NCBI GenBank assembly: GCA_004022145.1 | Contig: RCNU01000006.1 | Strand: one strand, 5' to 3' | Length of the DNA stretch: 64,000 nucleotides | Source of the DNA: Paecilomyces variotii | Taxonomy: Eukaryota | Shown: one piece after another, positions 51,348 through 62,372 of the stretch | How the letters are laid out: each line of letters opens with the position of its first letter | How positions within the stretch are numbered: the first letter of the stretch is position 1 | The notes under the pieces: generated by a model | Seen by the model: only the letters and a program-made list of their open reading frames with translations | Databases searched by the model: none | Told to the model about the DNA's origin: nothing | Translations under genes and position numbers: made by a program

Positions 51348-52322
51348 TTAGGCACCATTTTGTTCAGAATCGAAGATATTTAACGGCAGACTCATCGTGA
51401 CCGCATTATTCAGATCCACTACTTCAGCTATCTGGAGATCCCCTGCTACACTCGCGAGCATATATGCTTCAGATCGACTCAGCCCTTTCGTTGCCGTCAG
51501 CCATTGTATCGTGTTCCGAACTGCCTTCTTTGCAGCCTCCAACAAGTCTGCGTCGATACCCATCACCGAATATCTGCCTTTGTCTGTTACAGATGGCGTT
51601 GCTGCGGCCTGCGGGGCTGTCTGGAAATGAGGCGAAGTTACCCATGAATGATCCTTGCAGACGGTAAATCGAAGAGTAGCTCTCATGGGAGTCTCAATCG
51701 CTGTGCCACAGACTTCACCATGACCCTGGGCAGCGTGACCGTCGCCACAGCTGAATAGGGCACCAGGCGTCTGCACAGGGAGGTAAAGTGTGGTGCCGGC
51801 CGTGAGTTCGCGACAGTCCATATTTCCACCGACGTCTGTTGGAGGGATTGTTGAGAATTCACCTTCCACGCCTGCTGCAAGTCCCATGGTCCCTAAAAAA
51901 GGTCGAAGAGGTATACGTATATTGTCGTTAAACTTCGCGAAGCCGGTGTCTTGATCCAACTTCCATATCTTCAAGTGGGCATCTGGGAATTCGTTGGCGA
52001 GCAGTCCGAATCCTGGCATAATGGCCGTCCAACCCCAGTTCGCTGTTTGGAGATCCAAGATTTCGATTTTCAGAGCATCCCCCGGTTCCGCATCACGAAT
52101 GAAGACTGGTCCAAAGACGGGATCTGCAAGGCTGATATCGAAGGAATCTATGGCAGAAATGGCAGAGTCTTCCACTATCTGGCCATTACTCCCGTCGATA
52201 GTGTCAAAGGTAACAGTGTCACCGGAGGAAATAGTCAAGACTGGGGGTTCATCTTTTGACCATTTCTGATGCTTCTGATGACGGCCCACGTGGACCGTCT
52301 TGCACGCTGAGGTCAACCCCAT
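51348..52322 (-). CDS. Acetamidase/formamidase family protein (FmdA_AmdA), single exon, 324 aa
   Basis: GPVFIRDAEPGDALKIEIL, PLRPFLGTMG, PPTDVGGNMDC, GALFSCGDGHAAQGHGEVCGTAIE, EAYMLASVAGDL. Confidence 0.92.
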   Translation of the reverse strand: MGLTSACKTVHVGRHQKHQKWSKDEPPVLTISSGDTVTFDTIDGSNGQIVEDSAISAIDSFDISLADPVFGPVFIRDAEPGDALKIEILDLQTANWGWTAIMPGFGLLANEFPDAHLKIWKLDQDTGFAKFNDNIRIPLRPFLGTMGLAAGVEGEFSTIPPTDVGGNMDCRELTAGTTLYLPVQTPGALFSCGDGHAAQGHGEVCGTAIETPMRATLRFTVCKDHSWVTSPHFQTAPQAAATPSVTDKGRYSVMGIDADLLEAAKKAVRNTIQWLTATKGLSRSEAYMLASVAGDLQIAEVVDLNNAVTMSLPLNIFDSEQNGA

Positions 52323-52588
52323 GGTGCACGGCTAGCAGTTCTGCCAAAAGGAAAGTAGAGAAAGTAAAGCAGGCTTCACGAGGACGGCATCTCTGTGAGC
52401 ATGAAAATCCGCGAGGCCAGCCTCAAATAAAACGCGAGACCGGCCGCGTGAAGAGCTTTTTGCCTGCCAGTTGCGGGATGCTAGGAACATGATAGCGCAT
52501 GGCGAGGAATTGAGCTTCCTAAAGAAGTATGATCAGTTCCGCAGTTTGGGATTCGGGAGCTTATTTTCTCTGTTAGTTTCTGCCTGGG

Positions 52589-52662
52589 CTTATCCATCAG
52601 GATAAGGATTCGATTTTCCCCTCGGACGAGGGGTTAGCCCGGGCCAATCGTCGGGCGGAAAA
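52589..52662. promoter_or_regulatory. Inverted GATA pair plus CCAAT box upstream of the amidase
   Basis: CTTATC (52589-52594)-N6-GATAAG (52601-52606); CCAAT at ~52644 flanked by CGG triplets. Confidence 0.4.
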
Positions 52663-53718
52663 TAAATCCTGATGTTTCCCGTTCAAGTAGGTAGTTACAC
52701 AGCAGTCAGACGATGATGATGATGATTATTATTAGTAGTAGTATTGTTGCCATCACCATTGGTATTTATGTATTGTGCGCTACCGGTCCGTAAAGCTCGA
52801 GAAATTTGATTCATCTTCCTGAAGCGGGCGCCACCTCTCCGCACCAGATCCACATCAATATGACCACAAAGGACTCTTTGTCGTCGTTAGCGAGCCAATA
52901 GCGGTCACTGCTCACAGTAAGTATTGGTATTATTGCTGCCTCTTCCCGCCATTAGGACGGCTTATTCGAACTGGCTAAATGATCATGGATAACCTGTGCT
53001 CATAGAAACCAGGGTACATTATTATTATTACGTGATGGACGCATCCTCAAAGCGAGAATATATCAAATCTGCACCCCCATTGTTCCCAATTAGCTGGAAA
53101 TTGTCCAAATACGGCTGTTAACATGGCCAAGCCTTGTGGCACCTTGGCCGGATTATTATGGTGGGACTATCGAGGACTGTGCCCCAGATCAGATGAAGGT
53201 GGGAGTCAGTTAGAACCTTATCTGCCTTTTTTATCGACAGTGGATGATCTCAAAGAGCAGTGAGGAATGACGGAACCTGTAAGGTTAGAACTACTGCAAG
53301 GCAAGAAAGCAGTAGAAGTCTACCCATAGCCAACCGCGATTGACTGACCATATCTGTCGCTGCGATTTCATTATCTAGTAATGATCGACATCGTGACCAA
53401 GCCTTGGGCAGCGCAGACGATCCTTATCTAGATACAGGACGAGCACTGATTACTCTGCTGACCCAACTCTGTACTGGTAACTAAGCACTGACTCCTGAGT
53501 AACGAACGGGCCATAGTTATGTAGCAGAAGGTTTGCGACCCCGAAAAGATCTACAACACCCTCAATGCAAGGTTAGTGGTAGTATCGAGTGATGCCTACA
53601 CCGGTCTTCGTGTAAGAACCCTTTGCTATGATAGGCTCGTTAAAATGAAATTCGAGGAAAGAGGTCATTTGCTTTTCGATTACGGCAATTAGTTAGATAC
53701 TTTGCTTACGTGTTCTCA

Positions 53719-55548
53719 TCACAACACCTCTGTTACAACAGCCTTGACGCCCTGCGATCCCGGTTCTGGGACACCGACAAAGTAGTCTCGTGCGATGCGG
53801 ACGTCTTCAACGGTGGTCTCATAGTTCTCAAGCTCGAATCGGCGCAATATGGTTGCGAGGGTTAAGCGCATCTCAGCATATGCGAGGCTGTTCAGGCAGC
53901 AAATCAGTTCTCCGGAGGACTTCAAAATGCTAGGGAATTGAGGATACGTACTTGATCCCGACGCACTGGCGACTGCCTCTGGAGAAGGAAACCATATACT
54001 TCTCCAGTCGGTTACCTTTGTCCTTCGCTTCGATCCAACGCTCGGGTTGGAATTCGAACGGGTTGGGGAAGATGGTCGGATCCATATGGACGAAATAGTT
54101 GCATTGACTGACCGGTGTCTAACGTTTGGGTAAGCATGAATGGCCCACAGGAAAAGACTGAGAATATCAAGGCAGACTGACGTTTGGCGGAATTTGCCAT
54201 TCCTTGTACTTGATGACTTCATGGGCGACTCGTGGAAGGCGAGTCGTGACACCATGCATGAGACGGAGACCTTCACTGATCACTGCATTCTATACGTGCG
54301 AATAATAATTAGCACCGTGGAAGCAATGGTGTGACCCAAGATATCGTCCTTACCAGATATGGAAGTTGGTCCAGCTGTGTCAGGAGTTCTTCGTCTGGTC
54401 CTGGCTGCATTGGAATCGTGGATAATTCATCTCGCAATCTTTGAAGCTTCTTCTTGTCCTGGAGCAGATAGAAGGTGACGATTGTCAATGTCTTCGCGGT
54501 TGTTTCGCTTCCAGCACCAACCATGGTCTGCGCCTCATCCTGCAGACGGTCTGCTTCCTTTTCCACCGGCGGCAGGTCGCTGTCTAGCAAAGCTTGGAAG
54601 ATCGTCCCAGGGGCCTTCTTCCCTTCACGGTTATTGGCAATAATTGAGTCCACCTGTCGACGGACCATTTGTTGCCATTGCAACAATAAAGCAGCCTCGG
54701 GAGCAGCCTTGCTCAGAATCGGCATGGGGAGAGACTTCATGACGGGAAACGCCCAGGGGAATTGTCGGATCAATGCACCGCTAGCTGACCCCCCAATGAC
54801 CGTATCTTTCCATTCGAGCTTGAAATCATCTTCGTAAAGATAGTTGTAGCTTTCTCCATAAGCGTAGTCGGTGATTATATCCATCGTTAAGGCCATGTAA
54901 GCGGCATCGAGTCGCAGCACTTGCTTACTCTGGCAAGCGGCCGCCAATCGCTGGCATATGATCTCGATCTTCTCCCAAATGAGTTTCTCGGCATTGGATA
55001 CAGCACGTTTCGAAAAGAAGGGGTTGATGGCCGATCGTCTGAGGCGATGATGGTTGTGGGAGACGGTAGCAAAGGTCGATGCCGGTGCGCCCGCGCCTAT
55101 CGTCCAGTTCCCATATTTATCTCGCTGCTTGGAAGCAGGTGCGTATATTTCATCATAGAAGTCCGGGTCCTTGATATGGATTTCCTCTGGAGTGATCCGC
55201 ACGATTGGGCCTTTGTGTCACAGAAGTTAGAATCCGTTCAACACAATTCTAATGTCGTGCAATTCATTGGCTCTTTCTCCATCGCAAGCCATCGACAACG
55301 ATATCTGCATCTGAAAGCACAGTGGACGTGAGATCGAGATACGTACCATATCTTTTATGCATACGCTCAATTTCCCATATGAATTGGCCTGGTTTGATCA
55401 CATCATAGTAGAATTCGTACCATCGCGTCAATGCAGCAAGCTTGGGACCTGGGAAGCGGGCCAGCGGATGGAAATACAAACGGTAAACTGTTCCGCAGAT
55501 GAGATAGCCCACCAAGGCAGCGGCTGCGGTCCAGGCTAAGGAAAGCAT
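53719..55548 (-). CDS. Cytochrome P450 monooxygenase (CYP58/trichodiene-oxygenase-like clan), 5 exons, 500 aa
   Basis: Exons 55548-55347, 55210-54354, 54289-54182, 54118-53952, 53887-53719; N-terminal [18 protein letters not shown] (I-helix), EGLR (ExxR), [14 protein letters not shown] (heme Cys). Confidence 0.95.
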
Positions 55549-56355
55549 TGTTGCGGACTGACCCTTAACGTGTCCGTCGCAGAATTGCCACCCAGCTCTC
55601 TTTCGGAATACGAGGGACTGCGAAAAAGAGAAAGGATTGGGGTTATAGCTGGAGGAATCGGCTGTTATCACCAGAGAACCCTTAGGGGACGCTAAAACAA
55701 TCATAACACGCCATGTTAACTGGGGCAGCACCTATAAGGCTATAGCTGACAGTCAGACCAACCGTCAACGGTCACCAACCTGGCAAGCCGAGGTGCAGAT
55801 AGCGGGGGATATCTTGATGGAGCATTGATGATGGCTACAAAGGCTTGGTCGATTATCGACACCCGTTGTGGCTGGAAACTAGAGCTACAATGGCCAATCT
55901 TACGACCAGTGAACTCTCTGTTTGCCAACCACAAACTGCGTTCACGATCTTGGAAGCCCCCTCGGTGACTCGGGGAGTCGGGGATACAGACGTTCAACAA
56001 ACTAAATAACAACGTTCCACACGGCCCGAAGCGGACTGTTTCCGAGCCTACCGTACTCGCTAGAGTAGAGTATCCAGGCTGTGGGGCTCCACGCGATTCA
56101 GCTGAAGGTTCGACCGTCCTCTGCGGCGTTTGGCTTGCTTGCTGTCGTGAAAAAAAAAAAAACGTGGAAGGGCTAAGTAAACGCCGATTCAGCCACGAGA
56201 CGATGAGCCCCCAGACAAGATGGCAGCCTTAAGGACTGAGCACTCCCCTTCCGGGGATGAAACATCTGAATCACGTTGAGAATCGCGCCAATTTCCCGGG
56301 GTTTAAAGATCCCAGCGTCGTTTCGGTCCCCCTCCTTACTGTGATTGCGGGTGAC

Positions 56356-57778
56356 ATGGCAGAATCAGGGGATGTTCGCGCAGGCGCGCCTCTAGAAGTT
56401 GATGTAAGCCACAAGAGAGTCGGCCAGATGCCTTGACCCCACAGGTAATTGATTTTGGTTGCTATAGTCAGACAGCGGCGACTGGCAGAGTATCGATGAC
56501 GGTTTGACATCGGTCTCCTCGTCCATCTACAACTATGAGTACGAGAACGGTCGGACATATCACTCGTTCCACTCTGGTTCCTATGTAAGTGGTTGGGCGA
56601 CAGAATCAATCGCATGATCGGCGGTAAGACGCGAGGCCTGACCGTCGCTGCCAGATACTTCCGAACGATGAGAAGGAGCAAGACCGGCTGGATGTCCTTC
56701 ACCATGTATTCCGCCTCTGTTTGCACGGGGACTTGGCATGGACGAGACTGGACAATCCCCAGAAGATTCTCGACGTCGGGACAGGAACTGGCATCTGGGC
56801 CATTCAAGGTGAGCACCAAGTGTTTAATTTAAATCGTAACTTGAGTGTAGATGGCTGACACCGCTGGCAGTGGCCGACGAATTCCCATCGGCAGAAGTGA
56901 TTGGAGTGGACCTCTCTCCCATTCAACCCAGCTGGTCCGTATGTCTTTCACATTGCTATAAGAGAATTGAATCTAAGCTGGACAGCTAGGACACCACCCA
57001 ATCTGCGCTTCATTGTCGACGACGTGAGCGAGGATTGGGCTTTCCCTGAGGAATCGTTTGACTTCATCCACGTCCGGGGTCTCGCTGGCAGTTTGACGGA
57101 TTGGCCAAAATTTCTAAAGCGCTGTTATAAGTACGTGAAGCACGATCGCATTTACTGAGGGCATCACTCATTAACAAATCCAACGCAACAGGCATCTGAA
57201 ACCAGGCGGCAAGATCGAGCTTTCTGAAGGTCGTACGCATATGGAATGCGACGACGACTCCTATCCCAAAGAAAGCTATACATACAAGTGGATCGTAAGA
57301 CTGACCTTCGGCTGATTTTAATTCTGGACGAGAATGCTGAATCTTCCGTACAGGAAGCATTCAACCAGATCTCGCATGACCTGGGCAGGATATTTGACTT
57401 GTTCCCAGAGTACAAGAACCTTTTAGCAGACGCAAAGTTCGAAAATATCCAATGCCACGAGGAAATCTGTCCCATTGGAACATGGCCCAAGGACCGAAGA
57501 TTGAAAGAGATTGGATGGTTCTTCCGTGCCCAGTTTCTCGAGAGCGCAATCGATAGCTATTCATTGGCTCTGTTTATGCGCTACGGAGGTTGGTCCAGGG
57601 AGGAAGCCGAGGTGCTCTTTGCACGTGTGCGGCAGGAGATCAAGACGAACGAAATGCACGTTTACACACACTGGTAAGTCAAATCCTGGTAGTGACGCAG
57701 TTGAAACGACCTGGCTCACCTCTCAATCCTAGCTCTTTTGCAACTGCTCAGAAACCTTTTGAGACGAGGTCAGTATAG
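56356..57778 (+). CDS. Second LaeA-like class I SAM-dependent methyltransferase, 8 exons
   Basis: Exons 56356-56403, 56468-56584, 56655-56808, 56871-56934, 56990-57130, 57192-57294, 57354-57673, 57733-57778; YEYENGRTYHSF, LPNDEKEQDRLD, ILDVGTGTGIWAI, GVDLSPIQP, FIVDD, HLKPGGKIE, AQKP. Confidence 0.92.
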
Positions 57779-58228
57779 AAATATATACAATAGTATCTGT
57801 GCGTAATGTTCTGCATACTTTAAGGACTGTGCTTCATTTAGCGCAGAACAAACCCATAAACAAGCTAGTTAGCATGTTCTTTGATCCATGCAACTAACTA
57901 AAAATATACGGAAGTTCAAACAAACATTCTCACATGGTCAGTTGCTTCGAATCTTAATTCTAGGTGAGAGTATCTGTGTTGCAGTTAGGGGTTCTCGTAA
58001 GCACGTATATACGAAAGTACATACATCCATCCTCCCAGAAGGTGACAATAACGATAGTCTACTAGTAGCGTATATCTAGTTTATGCAGTGGAAAGGAGCG
58101 AACCCAATGAAATGGTGACTAAGCGACCAGATATCGCTCCGCGATAAGAGCGGGCATGATTTCAATCCCCCGCAATGCATCCAAGGCAAAAGTCTCAACA
58201 GGCCTAGACGCCTTCCCCATCTCGCGAG

Positions 58229-59077
58229 ATGGCTGCTTCATCCCACAGGGGACCCGATGCACCCGGGTCTGGGCGAACCGTCGAGGAAAAGGACGATGCA
58301 TTCGTCCCTGCTCTTATCGTCGTTGATATGCAAGAGGACTTCTGCCCACCGGTACGTCCATCTAGACCTTCAATAGACCCCATATTCTAAAAGCGCAATC
58401 ATCACAACTCCCAGAACGGATCTCTCGCCGTCCAAGAAGGTCGATCCATCGCCCCCTTAATCAACTCCCTCCTCTCCCTCCCTACCTTCGCCATACGCGT
58501 CGCGACCCAAGACTTCCACCCCCTCGAACACATCTCCTTCGCGACCAACCACCCACCACCCAACAACCGCCCATTCGAATCCTTCATCGAGATGAGAAAC
58601 CCCGCACCGGGAAAAGAATCCGAAACCAAACCCCAACAACTATGGCCTGAGCACTGCGTTGCAGACACACCCGGCGCGGCGCTCATTCCTGAGATCGAAA
58701 CCGATCGCATCGATCTATACGTCAAAAAGGGTATGGATCCTCGCGTGGAGATGTATTCTGCGTTCGGGGATGCGTTTAGGAATATTGATGATGAATTCTT
58801 GATGAGGAAGTCGGTGAATGTGGATTTGAAGGCTGCGTTGAAGGAGAGGGGTGTTACGGATGTGTTTGTTGTTGGGCTGGCGGGGGATTATTGTGTGAAG
58901 TTTACGGCGATGGATGCGGTCAAGGCGGGGTTTAGGAGTTGGCTTGTTGAGGAGGGGACGAAGTGTGTGGTGCCTGGTGAGGGGTGGGAGAGGACGAAGG
59001 AGGAGTTGAGGAAGGAGGGTGTTTCTATTGTTTCTGTGGATGGTCCTGAGGTGCAGAAGCTCAGGTCTGGAAGGTAG
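58229..59077 (+). CDS. PNC1: Nicotinamidase/pyrazinamidase (isochorismatase family), 2 exons, 261 aa
   Basis: Exons 58229-58351 and 58415-59077; ALIVVDMQEDFCPP|NGSLAV, TQDFHPLEH, LWPEHCV, VKKG..YSAF, VGLAGDYCV. Confidence 0.93.
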
Positions 59078-59318
59078 AGAAATTGAGTTGAGAGAATGGG
59101 AGGGAAAAAGAGGAAGAAGAAGAAGAAAAGAAGAAGGGATATAAAAATGCTATAGAAGCATGAATGGTGGATATCTTGGAGGGAGATCACTGGAGTCTTG
59201 ACCGTCTTGACCGTCTACGAGAACTTTCTCCATAACAAGAAGAATAATAATAATATCATCAGTTCAACCTACTCCAACAGATGAATGTCGCAACGGCTGC
59301 GATGTTCTGATAGGCCAG

Positions 59319-59588
59319 ATGGACCGAGAGGCTATACCTGAGATTGAGCATGACAAGAGGACATGTGAGATTGCAAGGTCCGAGAAGGAGATTCGTTCGC
59401 TGGGGGTCCTGCACCAGGACCTCCGGCTGGCCAATATTCTGTGGAATGCTGAGCTGGGACGGGCCCTGATTATTGACTTTCATTGCTCGAAACTGATTTA
59501 CCAACCTACGAAAAGGCGGGCGGAGTCACGTCGAAAGCATCCGTGTAGAGGAGAATTGCACAGGCGAAAACGATCTTGTATCGTCTAA
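59319..59588 (+). pseudogene. 5'-truncated remnant of a fungal protein-kinase-like gene
   Basis: EIRSLGVLHQDLRLANILWNAELGRALIIDFH carries HxD-x-x-x-x-N and DFx kinase motifs, but the N-lobe is missing (in-frame stops just upstream, PNC1 3' end only ~240 bp away). Confidence 0.6.
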
Positions 59589-60286
59589 TAACGTAGATAA
59601 GAGATACTGCATGCGTGTGCAGAAATGAGCAATGATATGGACTGGTAGTAATATAAGACTTAATCGAGAAACTCTCAAGTAAACGTAGGGTTGATGTTTA
59701 CACAGTTAGCTGTCTTCATTACCTGAGATCCTTCATGAACAGCCAGTCGAGTTTGTCATCAGCAAGAAATGGTTGAGGGTCTCCAAAGATATCAGTGAGC
59801 GTCGCTGTCGTTTGTTCAACAAAGCTCAGAAGAGTGGACGGTCTCTTTCACTTCTGAACTTCCTGAAGGGAAGCGGTGAGAAGCTTGCTTACTAGAACTA
59901 TCTAATGCCTGGGCGTGCCCTACCTAGTATTATTTATTATTTACCAGGAAGTCGAACTACACTACAAAATAATGCAAGGGTCCCTGGGCAGCAATCATTT
60001 TTTGGTAGAAACCAATCGACAAACAGTACTACATGTGGCCCGTGCTCATGTTCCCGCGGATCTGAACTGAACTGAACTGAACCGCCCCAAGAACCGTTGC
60101 GACCACCCGTGAGAGCGAACATTCTAACCTAACTTACGGATTACCTTATTCAAACTACCTGGTCGGCTGGATCCTATCTCTGGCCGACTCCCCCCGGTCC
60201 TCAATTCTCCCCGTGGATTGCTTGCACGGTGTCGCTCCGGGTAGTGAGCGTTATTCTTGCGAAGAGCCAAACACAAAAAGCTGCAT

Positions 60287-61334
60287 ATGATGCCACACTA
60301 CAATGAATCTTCTACGCCGGCGGTGACTATAGCGGATATCGATCAGAAAGTAACAGATGCTGATCCGAGAGATGTGGACAATAATATTCCTACAGTTAAC
60401 GATGATAGCTCACCAGGATCGCTCCCATATTGGCTTGTGAATGTCCCCCGTTCCGAATGGCCTGCTGAATGCCCTGAGTATCTGCGCGACTTGGTTCCTA
60501 AATCGATCAAGTGTCTATCGACGCCGGATGAAGCGTACAAGAGGCAGGACTGGGAATTGGTGAAGGAGATAGTAGGTCAGTGACCATTGAAGTAGCCATC
60601 ATGGGGGAGAGTTCTACGGGTGCAGCATTAGGACCAGCTGCTGACGCAGGATGTCTGGCTCATATAGGAACAAACCATATCGAACGTTTCCAGCGCGTGC
60701 CGTCCGATCTCCGTAGGTACCTAGAGTATACCGCTCAGATCAAAAAGAAATATGGATCTGTTATGGACTTCATTGTCAAAAAGAGGCTGCACTGGGGCGA
60801 GGGGAGACCGCAGGATCTCAAACCAAAAGGGCGCCCGTTCGAGTGCGATGGTGAGACTGTTACGTTGTTCGTGCATAGGTCGTTTAGGCTGTCTAGCTGA
60901 CCAGTCCCGAATTGCCATGCAGAGGATATTAAGATTTTATATAACGACTGGCCTTATGGGGTCGAGACGGACATCATTCACCTAGTTGTTTGGGTCAAAT
61001 TCGATCTCGAGGACGACCCCGCAACCGACGACCTCACCCCGAAAGCGCGACAAGAGATCGAGGAGTACGTGCAGAGGACTTTCTGCTCGCGCATACCACG
61101 TGAAGAGGTCAGTTACCAGCATCACCGATGTGACCATCTGATTCGATAAGCTGAATTATGATGCGTGAAATTTAGATTGTTTGGTTCAAGAATTGGAAGT
61201 CCCTGAAATCGGTCCACGCCATCGAGCATTTCCATGTCATGATCCACAATCCTGACATGGATTTTGTGAGGGAGCTCACCCACGGGGATATGCCTCTTAT
61301 TGAGAGAGTAAAGAACGGCGAATCGGGGTTCTGA
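60287..61334 (+). CDS. GIG1/DUF3605 family protein (N-acetylglucosamine-induced protein 1-like), 4 exons, 271 aa
   Basis: Exons 60287-60575, 60668-60850, 60923-61107, 61176-61334; [57 protein letters not shown]. Confidence 0.88.
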
Positions 61335-62372
61335 CGGCGGAAGGGAAGGCTTGGTGAGAATCATGACCATCGGTCTACCAGCTTTTGACTTTGGGTAACG
61401 GGGCCTCGTATTGCGGCAGCACAATATCTGATGTTTTGCTGCGCATTGATCGTATAGTAGAGACACCTAGAAAAAGAGTTGTTTCCGACAATAGAGAAGA
61501 ATACAGACATGCTCTTCGAGCGCTGAGAGTAGGATCGCATCTAAATCTGTTTTGAGTGACGGGAGGGCGCTACCTAAAAAACCCGATGACCCCTCCGTCT
61601 GAAAAATTGCAGGGAGCCAGGGTGAGTATCCGACCCCCCACCGCCAAGCCCTGCGGCAGTGCCGGTCGCGGTACCTTGATGCTTGATAATACGGTAATCT
61701 AGTTACTTGAAAAGCTTCGCGGCAGCATGGGCTCAAGAGAAGACAGAAGAACGGATTATTGTTGGCAAGTATTGGGAAATGACGCTTGCGGAGATGGAGA
61801 CAGACGGATAAACCGTGCGCGTCCAAGAAATTGAGATGAAGATGAAGATAAGAGAGGAGAAGAGAGGAAAGTAATAGAGTAGTTATCCGGCGATCTGCCT
61901 CGTTCGTCCGTGGTAACAAGTAGACTAGTAATACTAATACAGCCGTCGTCATCTCGCCCAACAAACGTCACCGCCTGCCCGCCAGCTAAAATGTTGCCCT
62001 TGCTGGCCCGCTTCTTTTTTGTGATAATTAATACTTCTGCCTCGACAGCGTAGCCGCACTGGATAATAATCGATCGCCCATATAGACACCTGGTTTGCCT
62101 GGGAAACAACTCCCTGCACGACTTGCTGGCTTCTTCTCATCTCGACTCATCCCCTTAACCCGTCAACGTCCGGATCCTGTGGACTGCGGACGGAGCGTCT
62201 TTGACAAGGGAACTTTTTTCTTCGTCACCTGGTGCGCATAAGAGCTCTCGTTGGTCCCTAGAAAACTGCAAGTACAGGGTCCTTTTTTTCCACATCGAAT
62301 GTCCGGCGTCTAGAATCGATCCCTTTTGTCGTCCAGAAGATCTAGAGATCCGGAAGGTTGACCCTAGCCAAT

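Noticed and set aside
56090..56125. GGTTCGA T-loop-like word (also at ~5739) as a tRNA
   Set aside because: No cloverleaf stems or A-box around either site.
61467..62140. Minus-strand ORFs between the GIG1-like and OSH genes
   Set aside because: Low-complexity translations of GA-rich intergenic DNA with non-ATG starts.
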